A stretch of 64,000 nt of DNA from an uncultured cyanobacterium (GCA_963803805.1 CAWDOD010000002.1:576001-640000); one strand, 5' to 3'. Counted from the stretch's first letter, positions 1 to 10,471 are shown. Notes: generated by a model not told the origin, from the letters alone. Numbers and translations are program-made.

Positions 1-180
1 GAGCAGTATGCTAACAACATTGAGCCTGAAGAAGAGACAGAGAATACAGAGGATACAGATAAGCTAGAAGTGGAAAAATCCCCCGACAACAAGGTTGATG
101 TTCCCGAACCAGGAATGACATTGGGTTTACTTTCTTTAGTTGCGATCGCAGGAAGAATGGTCAAGGGTAACAAAAAGTAA
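1..180 (+). CDS. PEP-CTERM sorting-domain protein, 3' part (5' end outside window)
   Basis: Frame 1 reads ...KVDVPEPGMTLGLLSLVAIAGRMVKGNKK* (PEP motif, TM helix, basic tail). Not in the ORF track. Confidence 0.9.
   Translation, partial: EQYANNIEPEEETENTEDTDKLEVEKSPDNKVDVPEPGMTLGLLSLVAIAGRMVKGNKK
142..149. repeat. HIP1 octamer GCGATCGC (one example of many, e.g. also 1310, 6396, 59157)
   Basis: Palindrome recurs throughout the window; cyanobacterial hallmark. Confidence 0.9.
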
Positions 181-189
181 GCGTATATC

Positions 190-211
190 GCCTACGAATT
201 AATTCGTGGGC
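190..211. repeat. REP-like palindrome / possible terminator after the PEP-CTERM gene
   Basis: GCCTACGAATT-AATTCGTGGGC is a near-perfect 22-bp palindrome. Confidence 0.5.
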
Positions 212-408
212 TAGTAGCAATCGGCATCTAAAGATGACTAAGGAATTAGCTTTTGGGAGTTTGGTTACAGTTTTTTTAGGCAAGATTACAGCATTTGGTA
301 GTCATCTTGAAGATGCTTAGGCTATAAGCTGTGAGATTTTAATCCTTGGCTAGGCTAGGACTACCTCCAGTAGGGCAGAGGCGATTAACTGATAACTGTT
401 CACTGAAA

Positions 409-768
409 TTAACCCCGACTTCTAGTAATATCAATGGTAATTTCACCATTAAAATCAGGAATGGGGGCAGCTAGTTTGGTTAACTCAACTCTGACTTGCT
501 GGATCGGATCTATCGCTAAAATTGCTTTAGCAATCTCCGTAGCTAATTTTTCGATTAAGTCGAACTTAGCTGTGGTGACAATTTGTTTAACTGTCGAAAT
601 TGCTTGGCGATAATCAAGGGTTTTAGTAAGATCATCACTGCTTCCTGATGTGGTTAAATCTAGCCACAAAGTTAAATCCACCTCAAACCATTGTCCTAAT
701 ACTTTTTCTTCTGGCAAATATCCGGTGTAGCCATAGCAGCGAATTTGAGAAACTTTAATTTTATCCAT
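409..768 (-). CDS. folB: Dihydroneopterin aldolase
   Basis: YGYTGYLPEEKVLGQWFEVDL, TLDY, LIEKLA motifs; 119 aa. Confidence 0.95.
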   Translation of the reverse strand: MDKIKVSQIRCYGYTGYLPEEKVLGQWFEVDLTLWLDLTTSGSSDDLTKTLDYRQAISTVKQIVTTAKFDLIEKLATEIAKAILAIDPIQQVRVELTKLAAPIPDFNGEITIDITRSRG

Positions 769-888
769 ATTGGTTTTATTTAGTCAATCAGGGTTAGGAA
801 TAAGTTGTTGACTAGAACAGTGTACCTAGATTTGGCTCGACTTTTTATATTAAGCTCAAACTTACTTTAGTAATTTTTTTAGTTAAGA

Positions 889-1713
889 ATGAAAGTTTGG
901 CAAGTTGATTTTTATCGCCGGCAATCACCGAAGCAACAAGGACAAGTTGTTTGGGAACTAATCATCTGTCAACCGGAAGGTGATTTGCTTTTTGAAGCAC
1001 AATGTCTACAATCTCAAGCTAATTCAGCTTGGTTGGTTGAACAATTGCAAAAGGCAGCTTCAGGAAAGCTACCAGACAAATTACAGGTATTTCGCCCCCA
1101 GTCTTTAACTTTAGTCACTGTGGCAGGGGAAAAGTTGGGCATAGCAGTAGAAGCAACCCGACATACCCTCGCTTTGAAACAAGAATTACAACAACGCAAC
1201 AACCCCATTGAAGTTGAACAAAATCCCCCCCAAGCCTTGCCAGATAAACTGTGGGGAGAGAAGTGGGGCTTCGTAACCTTTCCGGCAGGAAGTATAGAAG
1301 AGATATTTGGCGATCGCCCTATTCCCATCCGCAGTTTACCAACTTCTCTGTTACCTATCAACCTTGGTATTGCTTCCACTGTCAAAGTACCAGGAGTTGT
1401 CATTTATGGGGGTAGAAAGTCTATGCAGCTAGCCAGTTGGCTACAAGAAGTTAAACCAGCAGCCTTGAATTACATTCCCACAGAAGTAGCTAAATCTGGG
1501 GGTTTGGTTTTAGCCGCAGGATTAGTAGATCGTTGGATTGTTGCTACTTTTGAAGATGAAGAGGTAGCTAAAGCAGCGAAAGCTTATGAAGAAAGGAAGC
1601 AAGCTAGCCAAGGATTACATTTTCTCCTTATACAACCCGATGATTCTGCTATGACAACCAGTGGGTTTTGGTTGATTAAGTCCGATATATCACTGAGTCA
1701 AATCAGCTATTAG
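889..1713 (+). CDS. Tab2/Atab2-family RNA-binding protein
   Basis: WQVDFYRR...WELIIC, QVFRPQSL, GLHFLLIQPDDS motifs. Confidence 0.9.
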   Translation: MKVWQVDFYRRQSPKQQGQVVWELIICQPEGDLLFEAQCLQSQANSAWLVEQLQKAASGKLPDKLQVFRPQSLTLVTVAGEKLGIAVEATRHTLALKQELQQRNNPIEVEQNPPQALPDKLWGEKWGFVTFPAGSIEEIFGDRPIPIRSLPTSLLPINLGIASTVKVPGVVIYGGRKSMQLASWLQEVKPAALNYIPTEVAKSGGLVLAAGLVDRWIVATFEDEEVAKAAKAYEERKQASQGLHFLLIQPDDSAMTTSGFWLIKSDISLSQISY

Positions 1714-1879
1714 GAAGTGCCTAAGTCCCTGCCACAAGGAAATTGGAGATTATTATTTCGTCGAATTTTTTTTGATCTAATCTTGATACAAATAGAGAAA
1801 AACTACATCGTATCTTTACTTAATTTCTCCGGAACTCCATTAACTTGGTTCTATACCAACAAATACAGGAGTTCAACTT

Positions 1880-2749
1880 ATGTTTTCTCTTAAAAAACTT
1901 GCTTTTACCACTGCTGGATCTGGATTAATCGCTTTAGGTTTAGGATTCACTGAAATAGTACAAGCCCAACCTCTTAATTGGAAGTATACCGTCGATAACT
2001 TCGCTGATGGCACTGATGCCACCGGAGTTAGTGGAGATTTTGAAATGTTTGGTACAGCTTATGCCCAACAAGGAAATCGCCTCTATGTTGGTATCAACAG
2101 TAACCTTGCCAAAGGAGGTGTAGCTTACAACGGTGCTGCTGATAAAAACATTAACTACGGGGATTTCTTTTTTAACTTCTCTGGTAAACAATTCAACCAA
2201 GCCATGAATGACGGAGACTTATTTGCTGTCAAATTCGCTGAAGGTAATGATTCTGGTGCAACAGAATTAGGGCTTTATGGAGGAGTCAAAGCTAAGAGTG
2301 TAACTTCAACAAACAGTGGCTATTCTAACTTAAATAAATACAACGAAAGGGTTGGAAAACTAACTGGTAACGATGCTTCTGTAGGAGATTTGACAATTGA
2401 AGAAACTTACGATTACTTGGGCAAAAATACTTCTATTCTTAATGTTATTGACACCTATGAAACCGTAGTTAGCAATGATGTCACCTTGATTGATGACTTC
2501 AGCAGCTTAGGACTCGATTTTGCTAGCAATTTGGGTCAAACTGGTAAGTATATCTATGGTTTCAGCTTTGATATCTCCAACCTTCCTAAAGGAGACTTTG
2601 TTGCTCATTTATTGGCAGAATGTGGGAACGATAGTATTGCTATCCTTGGTAAAATTGAAACTCAAGATGTCCCTGAACCGGCAACAGCAGCTAGCTTGGC
2701 CATCTTCGGATTAGGCTTAGCGGCTCGTCGCCAACGCCGTCAAGCTTAA
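1880..2749 (+). CDS. PEP-CTERM exosortase-dependent surface protein (ECGND-motif type)
   Basis: Signal peptide, YGDFFFNFSG, AHLLAECGND, C-terminal VPEP-TM-RRQRR; AGGAG RBS. Confidence 0.9.
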   Translation: MFSLKKLAFTTAGSGLIALGLGFTEIVQAQPLNWKYTVDNFADGTDATGVSGDFEMFGTAYAQQGNRLYVGINSNLAKGGVAYNGAADKNINYGDFFFNFSGKQFNQAMNDGDLFAVKFAEGNDSGATELGLYGGVKAKSVTSTNSGYSNLNKYNERVGKLTGNDASVGDLTIEETYDYLGKNTSILNVIDTYETVVSNDVTLIDDFSSLGLDFASNLGQTGKYIYGFSFDISNLPKGDFVAHLLAECGNDSIAILGKIETQDVPEPATAASLAIFGLGLAARRQRRQA

Positions 2750-2957
2750 GTTAGTTAAGTTTAAGGATACAAGCTAGCAATCAGGGGTAATTTTGTTAGC
2801 AAAGAAGACAAAAGTAACCAACAACAAATTTCGTAGTTATACCAGAAAGCTTCCTTAATTAAAGTTGAATCTCTTCAATTACAACAAACTAATCTTTCTC
2901 AAAATCTAAAACTTTGCCGTTAAGATAGTAAGAGTCTTTGCCATTACCTTCTATCTT

Positions 2958-3182
2958 ATGTCAAAAGAACTCCAACGCATTTTCCCTGCACCTCCTCCTC
3001 CTGCGGAAATGTTTGCTACCCATCAATTAGCCCAGGAATTCCGCCGGGAAGCAGAACATCGCCAGGAATTCAAAGAGTATTGTCAGTGGTATCATCAAAC
3101 AGCTTTGCAAAACCAACAAGAAGTAGCAGCAATGCACAATGATATTAATATTTTCGGTTGGTTTCTAAGAGGCAGAAAGTAA
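2958..3182 (+). CDS. Small conserved cyanobacterial hypothetical protein
   Basis: 74 aa; EFxxE..RQEF..YCQWY...DINIFGWF pattern recalled from cyanobacteria. Confidence 0.7.
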   Translation: MSKELQRIFPAPPPPAEMFATHQLAQEFRREAEHRQEFKEYCQWYHQTALQNQQEVAAMHNDINIFGWFLRGRK

Positions 3183-3214
3183 AGGAGAAAAAATTGTACG
3201 GCTTGTGGTTGCCG

Positions 3215-3871
3215 TTAGGCATCATTGACAAAAACTTCCCAAGCAGCTTTAGTAAGGGCTTCAATAATAGTTGCTTGGCTAAAGTTGAATGGAGGAGGAT
3301 TTATTTTTTGGCCAAAAACTTGCTCAAATAGTTGAGGATTGGGATTTAATACTATTGAGCCATGTTGCAAAACTGCATTGCCACGACGTAACTGGGCGCT
3401 ACCAACTAACTTCTGCCCATCCGTTGTTACCAAGTCTGCCCCTGTCGCTGCGGCAAAACAGTTAGGATTACCAATGTATCCTCTACCCTTTTCACCATAA
3501 TAAAGTTCTACCCCTAGCGATCGCCAACCTTGAATCAGGAATTGACAAATATATTCATAGACATCTGCTAGTTTGCCAGGAAGGTTAGAAGTTACTACCA
3601 TATAGGTTAAATCTCCTTGATGCAATACAGCCCTCCCTCCCGTCGGACGGCGTACTAAATCTACAGGTTGACCTCGCCAGGATAAATTCTGCCAGTGGGC
3701 AGGAAATTTACGTTGATGGTAGCCCAAGGAAATAGTTGCAGGATGCCAGGTATAGAAGCGCAAAGTCGCTGGCTGTTGATTTTGGCGATGTTGTTCTAAT
3801 AACCATTCATCAAAAGCCATTTGTTGAGTTCCCGATGCAGTGGAAAAAGGCAGAAAACACCAGCTTTTCAT
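3215..3871 (-). CDS. Lipoate-protein ligase A family protein
   Basis: QMAFDE, LRFYTW, VRRPTGGRAVLH, KLVGSAQ, LQHGSI. Confidence 0.92.
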   Translation of the reverse strand: MKSWCFLPFSTASGTQQMAFDEWLLEQHRQNQQPATLRFYTWHPATISLGYHQRKFPAHWQNLSWRGQPVDLVRRPTGGRAVLHQGDLTYMVVTSNLPGKLADVYEYICQFLIQGWRSLGVELYYGEKGRGYIGNPNCFAAATGADLVTTDGQKLVGSAQLRRGNAVLQHGSIVLNPNPQLFEQVFGQKINPPPFNFSQATIIEALTKAAWEVFVNDA

Positions 3872-3879
3872 GTGACCAT

Positions 3880-4959
3880 TTAACCAACCAAAGAAACCTC
3901 AGTTTCAGTTATATTATCTTGCACTGAAGAATCATTTTTTCGTAGTAAGGTTGCTGTGCTTTTGAGGCAACCAGCTACAGGTAAAGCGATTAACACCCCT
4001 AAGACTCCTGCAACCTTTGCCCCGATGAGTAAAGAAACCAAAATCCACACGGGATTCAAACCAATAAATCCCCCTAAAAGCTTTGGGGCAATACCATTTT
4101 CAATGGCTTGTTCGATAATAACCGCAACAATAAGCACCCTTAAACCAAGCCAAAAACTCTTTAAGGCAACTAAGAAGCTAACAACAAAAATACTTGAGAT
4201 TGCACCGAAGGGAAACAACGCCATTACCCCAACTCCTAAACCAAATAGCAAGCTGAAGGGGGTTTGCAAAATTGTCAAAGCTAAAGTCATCGATAAACCA
4301 ATGATGGCGGCTAAGGAAGCTTGACCAATAAAATAGTTATTAAAGTTTTGCCGCAGTAGTTGTTGTATTTGTGAAGCGGCGGGTTGAGGGAGCCATTCTC
4401 CTACACCATCCCATACTTTGGAGCCTTGCAGAAGTAAATAGAAGGTGAGTACTATAATCAAGACTGAATCTACGATGTTACCTACAGTTCCCAATGCAAA
4501 ACCAAGAATTTCTCCTGTAAAAGATTGCAGCAACTCAGAAACTTTGGCAGCGAGTTGACTAGCTACACCACTAAGTTCGACGGGGAAGTTGCGCATAGTC
4601 GCCCATTTGTTAAGGGTTTGCAGTTGTTGAGTTCCCGATTCTAGCCAACTGGGAAGACGCTCTGCTAACTCTACTATTTGTTCTACAATTATGGGGGCTA
4701 AGGTGATACCGAGAATTCCTAAAACCAAGAAAGCAATGAGGAAAACTCCCAAAACAGCATAGCCACGTTTGATGTGGTGAGAGGTGAGTAGTTGAACGGG
4801 ATAGTTTAAGATGAAGGCGAAAAGGTTGGCGGTGATGAAAACTGTGATTAGAGACTCGAAATAGTGAAATACAATGAGAAATACCCAGCCATTAAGGACA
4901 ATTAAGGGAAAAGATAAAGCCCACTTAACCCAATCTGGTAGTTTGTCTGTTAGTTTCAT
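3880..4959 (-). CDS. AI-2E family transporter
   Basis: Multi-TM protein with FILNYPV and PKLLGGFIGLNPVWIL motifs. Confidence 0.9.
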   Translation of the reverse strand: MKLTDKLPDWVKWALSFPLIVLNGWVFLIVFHYFESLITVFITANLFAFILNYPVQLLTSHHIKRGYAVLGVFLIAFLVLGILGITLAPIIVEQIVELAERLPSWLESGTQQLQTLNKWATMRNFPVELSGVASQLAAKVSELLQSFTGEILGFALGTVGNIVDSVLIIVLTFYLLLQGSKVWDGVGEWLPQPAASQIQQLLRQNFNNYFIGQASLAAIIGLSMTLALTILQTPFSLLFGLGVGVMALFPFGAISSIFVVSFLVALKSFWLGLRVLIVAVIIEQAIENGIAPKLLGGFIGLNPVWILVSLLIGAKVAGVLGVLIALPVAGCLKSTATLLRKNDSSVQDNITETEVSLVG

Positions 4960-5036
4960 TATTTTTTGATCAGGGAACAGGATCGGTTTAAAATTAAAAA
5001 TTAAAAATGAGGAATAGGAAATAGGAATATAATTTC

Positions 5037-5804
5037 TTAGTTGATTAGTTGCCAGTTTTGGTTGAAAAATCTGCGGTAGATGCCTTGGGTAATTAAGGAA
5101 GTTACTATAAGATTAGCTAATAATTGCATAAAGAGCAGCAAGATTTCGTAGGAAGCAGCATTAAGAGGCTCTACTCCTGTCAATAACTGTCCGGAGAAAA
5201 AGGCAGGTATAGTTGCCATGGCTATTACTGTCATTTGATTAAGGGAGGGGATTAATCCTGCCCTAATTGCTTCCCGACGATAGGTGATGATAGCTTGGTT
5301 AGGATTTGCCCCTAAACTGAGATGGGTTTCAATTTCTAGGCGGTTGTTATTGATGGCACTAACTAAACGTTCTCCAGCTATAGTAGAACCGTTAATAGCA
5401 TTGGCTAAAATCATAGCAGCTAGGGGAATGAGATATTGGGGTTGATACCAAGTATCTGGTTGAATGATTAAAAGTATGGTGTAACCTAAAACAACTGCAA
5501 TTCCAGCTAAGATTGCTCCCCAAACTATTAAAAATAAGCCCCGCAGTTTTTTACCCAGGCGGCTATTAATAAAGACTGCGGCGATAATCGACATTACCGC
5601 AACAGTTAAAACCACTAACCAAGGATTGTTAAAAGCAAAGATAAAATCTAGGGCATAGCCTACCGCTAATAACTGCACTAAGGATCGCCCTGTAGCCATA
5701 AGAATTTGACTAGATAAGCCTAGTTTTTGCCAACTTGCAATACCAAGGGCGATGCCAATTAAAATTAGGGATAGGATTAAGTCAAAAAAGTTTAGTTGGT
5801 TCAA
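5037..5804 (-). CDS. FetB/YbbM (UPF0014) ABC permease
   Basis: RSLVQL, PQYLIPL, IETHLSLGA, IPSLNQM motifs; TTG start overlaps the upstream gene's stop. Confidence 0.88.
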   Translation of the reverse strand: MNQLNFFDLILSLILIGIALGIASWQKLGLSSQILMATGRSLVQLLAVGYALDFIFAFNNPWLVVLTVAVMSIIAAVFINSRLGKKLRGLFLIVWGAILAGIAVVLGYTILLIIQPDTWYQPQYLIPLAAMILANAINGSTIAGERLVSAINNNRLEIETHLSLGANPNQAIITYRREAIRAGLIPSLNQMTVIAMATIPAFFSGQLLTGVEPLNAASYEILLLFMQLLANLIVTSLITQGIYRRFFNQNWQLIN

Positions 5805-6469
5805 TTTCCTTCAATTCTTTGTTGCACTTTTTGACGAGAGGAAGAAGAAGAAAAAGCTTCGTAAACAGTGTACCAATTAGCTTTATCTACTACTCTAGGA
5901 TAGAGCATTACTGCTACATTTTCTTGTTCTGCTGGGAATCTAAAAGCTGCAATAATTTCTTTAACCTGGGCGACACTAAAATAGCCTTCCCTAGCCGGTT
6001 GTGCCAGAAACTCCATCTGATTGGGACGACTACGTTTGAGTGCGGTGATAAACTGGGCAAACTCCCTCTCATCCATCAAGACACCAACAGTATCATCAGG
6101 AATATTACCACCTTGATAACTACCCATGACACTGTAAATACGCCGCACCCAACCAATCACTTCAGCCTGCTGGTTAGCACTTACTCCGGCAACCATAATA
6201 GTGGCTTGTGTGGCTCTACCGGAGGTTATACTACAGTCAACCACAGCTTTAAGATTACCTCTAATCCCAGTGGCAGATACAGAACTTTTGCTTAAGTTGC
6301 GAAAACTTTCATTTCTTAAAACTGCATGGGCTAATTCTGCACAACCTTGACTATTAGTATTTAACTGTAGGTAAGCATATTGTAATTCCGCAGCAGCGAT
6401 CGCAGGGACAGTATTACTTAATAAACTGAAGCTACAAACTGTTGCTAAAGCAGGATAGATATTTTTCAT
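5801..6469 (-). CDS. Secreted protein with C-terminal DUF4476-like domain
   Basis: Signal peptide from MKNIY; C-terminal FSVAQV..II..F...LYPRVVDKANW..VY. Confidence 0.7.
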   Translation of the reverse strand: MKNIYPALATVCSFSLLSNTVPAIAAAELQYAYLQLNTNSQGCAELAHAVLRNESFRNLSKSSVSATGIRGNLKAVVDCSITSGRATQATIMVAGVSANQQAEVIGWVRRIYSVMGSYQGGNIPDDTVGVLMDEREFAQFITALKRSRPNQMEFLAQPAREGYFSVAQVKEIIAAFRFPAEQENVAVMLYPRVVDKANWYTVYEAFSSSSSRQKVQQRIEGN

Positions 6470-6545
6470 AATGGTGCTTAAAAGAGTAAAGTATTTGAGA
6501 CGAGTAGGCAATAGCATTTGTTGCTAGCAAGGGAAGGCAGAAATT

Positions 6546-7364
6546 ATGAATATTACGATTCTTGGCTGTGGTTATGTAGGTAAAGCAGTGGCTCATAAAT
6601 GGAATATTGCAGGACATAATCTTACTGTCACCACAACCACCCCAGAAAACGTGACAGAATTAGCAAAAATTGCTCAACAAGTAGTAGTTATTAAAGGAGA
6701 TAATTCCTCTGCTCTAAAGAATTTGATTAGTGACCAAGAGACAATTGTTTTTAGTGTTGGAGCTAAAAAACGTACCGTTGCAACTTATCAAGAAACCTAT
6801 CTAAATACAGCACAAAACTTAGTTACCGCCCTAGAAAATAATTCTACAGTCAAACATTTGATTTATACCGGAAGTTATGCCCTTTATGGTGATCAAAAAG
6901 GAGAGTGGATTGATGAAACTGCTCCCATTGAACCTCAAAATGAATATAGTCAAATTTTAGCAGCAACAGAGGAGATTTTATTAACAGCTAATTTACCAGT
7001 GTGTATCTTCCGTTTAGGAGGAATTTATGGCCCTGGCAGGGAAGTAGTTAAAATTTTTCGTAGTTGGGCTGGTACTACTCGCCCTGGTACGGGAGAGGAT
7101 GCGGCAAACTGGATTCATTTAGATGATATTGTTGCTGCATTAGAGTTAGCAAGAGTTAAAAAGTTAGCAGGAATTTATCACTTAGTAAATGATCTTCCGT
7201 TAACCAAAAAACAGTTATTAGATAACTTGTGCAACAAACATGGTTTATCACCCGTTAGCTGGTCAAATTCTGCTGATTATATAAGTCCTTACAATGCTCG
7301 GTTATCTAACCAAAAAATCAAAGATGCTGGTTTAAAATTAATTCATCAAGAAACTGAGGTGTAG
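6546..7364 (+). CDS. NAD-dependent epimerase/SDR family oxidoreductase
   Basis: ILGCGYVG Rossmann motif, RLGGIYGPGR, NWIHLDDI. Confidence 0.92.
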   Translation: MNITILGCGYVGKAVAHKWNIAGHNLTVTTTTPENVTELAKIAQQVVVIKGDNSSALKNLISDQETIVFSVGAKKRTVATYQETYLNTAQNLVTALENNSTVKHLIYTGSYALYGDQKGEWIDETAPIEPQNEYSQILAATEEILLTANLPVCIFRLGGIYGPGREVVKIFRSWAGTTRPGTGEDAANWIHLDDIVAALELARVKKLAGIYHLVNDLPLTKKQLLDNLCNKHGLSPVSWSNSADYISPYNARLSNQKIKDAGLKLIHQETEV

Positions 7365-7572
7365 GTACGCAAACCTAAAAATAATCTTCAATGATTAATG
7401 ATCATATTTCCTTTCAAGGAGAGGTTTTCAAACAAATCCAATAACTATAAATTGCCAATCTTAGTCTACGATAACGGCAAAGCCGTACAATTATCAATTT
7501 ACAAAACTATCCTGACTAGCTATATACTTTTAGGCATTATATTAGGTAGTTTAAAGAAAACCAAACTTTTAA

Positions 7573-8667
7573 ATGATGATTCGGGAAATACGCATTGATA
7601 ACTACAAATCTATCAAGCAGCTTAAACTTAATTTAGGTAGAGTTACTGTTTTAATTGGTGAGAATGGTTGTGGCAAAACCAATATTTTAGAGAGTATTGC
7701 CTTAGCTGCCGCTGCCGCTAGTGATAGGTTAGATAATGAGTTTTTAGTCTCTAGAGGTATCCGCGTTGCCGAACCAACATTAATGCGTTCTGCTTTTGAA
7801 GTAGCACAAGCAACTCAAAATATTAAAATCTCCCTTTCTGGGGATAACAAATTAGAATTTAGCTGTTCTCTACAAAATGATAATAAGCCCTACTCCCCTT
7901 GGGTTAATCGTGAATCAAAAAGCTTGCATGATACAGTTTCTCTATTGAATTTTTTAGACCAAAAATACCATAACTTAGGAGGGAGTACCGAAGAATATAA
8001 AAGCATTTTAAGAAGGTTTCTCCAAAAGCAGCAGATGTTAGATAAATTAGCTAACTTACAAAAGTTTGTTGTTTATTCTCCTCAAAAACAAGAGCTACGT
8101 ACTTTTGAAAAAGAGGAGCAAATTCAACCTCTAGGAGTACATGGGGAAGGATTATTTAAACTGCTAACTATTTTAAATTCTCACTCCAATCAAACTAAAA
8201 TAGTTGAAATTAAAGAAAAGCTAAAGTTAATACCTTGGTTTGAGGATTTTATCATTCCGGCTAACCTCTCCCCCCAAGAAAGAAAGATTGCGATTAAAGA
8301 TAAATTTCTCAATGCGAGTTTAGCGTACTTCGACCAAAAAAGTACTAACGAGGGCTTTCTCTTTCTGCTTTTTTACTTTACCTTGTTTGTTAGTCAAGAA
8401 ACTCCTTCATTTTTTGCTATTGATAATATTGATGCTGCCTTACATCCCAAACTATGTAGTCAGTTGATTAAAGAAGTAGTACAATTAGCAATCAAATATA
8501 ATAAACAGGTAATCTTTACTGCTCATAACCCAGCGATTTTAAGCGGCTTGCAGCTTGATAACGATGAGCAGAAAATTGTTGTTGTTTACCGCAACAATTC
8601 TGGGCATACCCAAACTAAACGTATCTTGAAGCCAAAAACTAGTGAAGCAAAAAAGAAGGTTAGTTGA
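7573..8667 (+). CDS. AAA_21/SMC-like ABC ATPase
   Basis: NYKSI, Walker A GENGCGKT, Walker B FFAIDNID, H-loop FTAHNP. Confidence 0.88.
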   Translation: MMIREIRIDNYKSIKQLKLNLGRVTVLIGENGCGKTNILESIALAAAAASDRLDNEFLVSRGIRVAEPTLMRSAFEVAQATQNIKISLSGDNKLEFSCSLQNDNKPYSPWVNRESKSLHDTVSLLNFLDQKYHNLGGSTEEYKSILRRFLQKQQMLDKLANLQKFVVYSPQKQELRTFEKEEQIQPLGVHGEGLFKLLTILNSHSNQTKIVEIKEKLKLIPWFEDFIIPANLSPQERKIAIKDKFLNASLAYFDQKSTNEGFLFLLFYFTLFVSQETPSFFAIDNIDAALHPKLCSQLIKEVVQLAIKYNKQVIFTAHNPAILSGLQLDNDEQKIVVVYRNNSGHTQTKRILKPKTSEAKKKVS

Positions 8668-8708
8668 ATTGACAGTTTCTATAACTTTTAACTAAATAAA
8701 GCTGTATA

Positions 8709-8780
8709 AGCCCGTAATGAGACTTGAACTCATGACCTCACCCTTACCAAGGGTGTGCTCTACCACTGAGCTATACGGGC
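8709..8780 (-). tRNA. tRNA-Thr(GGT)
   Basis: Minus strand GCCCGTATAGCTCAGTGGTAGAGCACACCCTTGGTAAGGGTGAGGTCATGAGTTCAAGTCTCATTACGGGCT folds as a cloverleaf. Confidence 0.97.
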
Positions 8781-8785
8781 AGTTG

Positions 8786-8870
8786 TGGTGGGCCGAGCTG
8801 GATTTGAACCAGCGTAGGCGTAGCCAGCGGATTTACAGTCCGCCCCCATTAACCACTCGGGCATCGACCC
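8786..8870 (-). tRNA. tRNA-Tyr(GTA), CCA encoded
   Basis: Minus strand GGGTCGATGCCCGAGTGGTTAA...GACTGTAAATCC...GGTTCAAATCCAGCTCGGCCCACCA, with a long variable arm. Confidence 0.97.
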
Positions 8871-8939
8871 ATTTTGTTCCACGAATATTTAATATATCAT
8901 AAGTTGTCACTTCGTTAACAAGAAAATTTTCTTCTCTAT

Positions 8940-9731
8940 TCAACTTGTCTTAATACGGCGATATCTCGCTTGTACCCAAAGATAAATTCCGTAAGCAACT
9001 AAACCCAGAGCTACTAACAATAGGAGAATTTTACCAAAAGGTTGTTGAGCAATGGCTTGCAGAGTGCCATCAAGTCCTTTCACTTCGTTAGCATCGAATT
9101 GTTTAGCGGCACGAATGAGGAAACCGCCAATGATTAAAAATACCACACCTCTAGCGGCAATACCGAAACGACTAACATTAACTAGCCAAAATTCTTCGGT
9201 AGAACTTAACTCACTTAAATCAAGGCGTTTGCGAAACTTAACCTTGAAAGCACGATATAAGCGATAAACACCCAACCCAATGATAATTGCTCCTACCGTG
9301 CCAATCAACCAACGACCAAAAGGCTTTTGCATCACTATAGCTGTCCATTCTGCTTTAGACTTGCCATTGCTACCGCCTCCTCCTGCGCCTAAAGCAATGC
9401 GCCCAGCATCAAAAGCTAAAGCCCCATAAATCAAACCACTAATAAAATAGCCAATACGTTTGATGATATCTTTTGCTTGAGATTTTCCAGAGCTTTCCGG
9501 GTTTTCAATTGCTTCTATAAACCGCCAAAGAGCGTAACCAAATAAACCCACCGCAACCACAATTAATAGAATCTTACCAAAGGGTTGAGCGGCAATGGTA
9601 CGAATAGCACCTTTGGAGTCAGTAGTTTTGCCTCCCGAAGAGAGGGCAGCTTGTACTGCTAAGATACCAATTAAGCTATAAACACCTCCTTTCACTATAT
9701 AACCAAGCCTAGCTAGCTTTTCTACCCACAT
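8940..9731 (-). CDS. DUF1206 membrane protein
   Basis: ARLGY..KGGVY and three QPFG/KPFG repeats. Confidence 0.88.
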   Translation of the reverse strand: MWVEKLARLGYIVKGGVYSLIGILAVQAALSSGGKTTDSKGAIRTIAAQPFGKILLIVVAVGLFGYALWRFIEAIENPESSGKSQAKDIIKRIGYFISGLIYGALAFDAGRIALGAGGGGSNGKSKAEWTAIVMQKPFGRWLIGTVGAIIIGLGVYRLYRAFKVKFRKRLDLSELSSTEEFWLVNVSRFGIAARGVVFLIIGGFLIRAAKQFDANEVKGLDGTLQAIAQQPFGKILLLLVALGLVAYGIYLWVQARYRRIKTS

Positions 9732-9742
9732 TTACTTCACCT

Positions 9743-10471
9743 TCACTTAGTACAACGATTAAACATAGTCTGATATTTCTCCTGGAGTTGAGGATTATCT
9801 AATACTATTTCTACTTTAATGCTGGCGCAACCATGAGGGGTTTGCATTGCGATAGTTTCTAACAAATCACTTGCTGCTTGAGGAGAAAGAAACTTACCTT
9901 CTACTGTGGCAACTGAGGCTATTTCTCCAGTAACTTCTCCTTGGGATAAATCTATTTGGGCTAGTTTTTTATAGCTTGGTTCAACTTGCTCAACAATTAA
10001 TTTTTCCCAACGTACTGGCACTTCCACCATACGAGTACCAACTTCTTTACGCATAACAACTTCGCCAACTTTATGCTTAGTACGTTCGACAACTAATCTT
10101 TCTTCTAACAAGCGAATAATTGCTTCATCAACAACTTCTTTTGCCTCCCCATTAACTTCTTCTGTGCTATCACTATTAAGTTGGTAAGGCTCTAGTTGAG
10201 GATTAGTTTCTATTAAAAGAGATTCACTAGCAAGTTGAATCTTTTTTACGTATTTGCTATTTAAAATACATAGATTATCTTCGTTAGTTTGTTGATCGTG
10301 AAACTGGGAAATAACTAAATTTAAACTCCCCTTACCATTCCTTTCCACATCTCGTACTTTACCGACGATATTGCCTTCAGTATCTTTGAGGTCGAAGTCT
10401 TTAAGCAATCCTTTTAATTTAACTAAAGTTTTATCCTTAGCAGTGCTTAAGAGATGATTTTGACTATCCAT
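9743..10471 (-). CDS. PRC-barrel-like + DUF2382 (YsnF/AvaK) protein
   Basis: GNIVGKVRDV; RLLEERLVVERTKHKVGEVVMRKEV..VEVPV. Confidence 0.8.
   Translation of the reverse strand: MDSQNHLLSTAKDKTLVKLKGLLKDFDLKDTEGNIVGKVRDVERNGKGSLNLVISQFHDQQTNEDNLCILNSKYVKKIQLASESLLIETNPQLEPYQLNSDSTEEVNGEAKEVVDEAIIRLLEERLVVERTKHKVGEVVMRKEVGTRMVEVPVRWEKLIVEQVEPSYKKLAQIDLSQGEVTGEIASVATVEGKFLSPQAASDLLETIAMQTPHGCASIKVEIVLDNPQLQEKYQTMFNRCTK

Noticed and set aside
382-408. Heptamer-like repeats (TAACTGA...), also near 4990-5030, 24585 and 35200
   Set aside because: Ordinary short tandem repeats near cyanobacterial gene ends.
5735-6295. 186-aa plus-strand ORF
   Set aside because: Shadow of the DUF4476-like gene; no motifs.
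8717-8902. 61-aa plus-strand ORF
   Set aside because: It is the antisense of the two tRNA genes.
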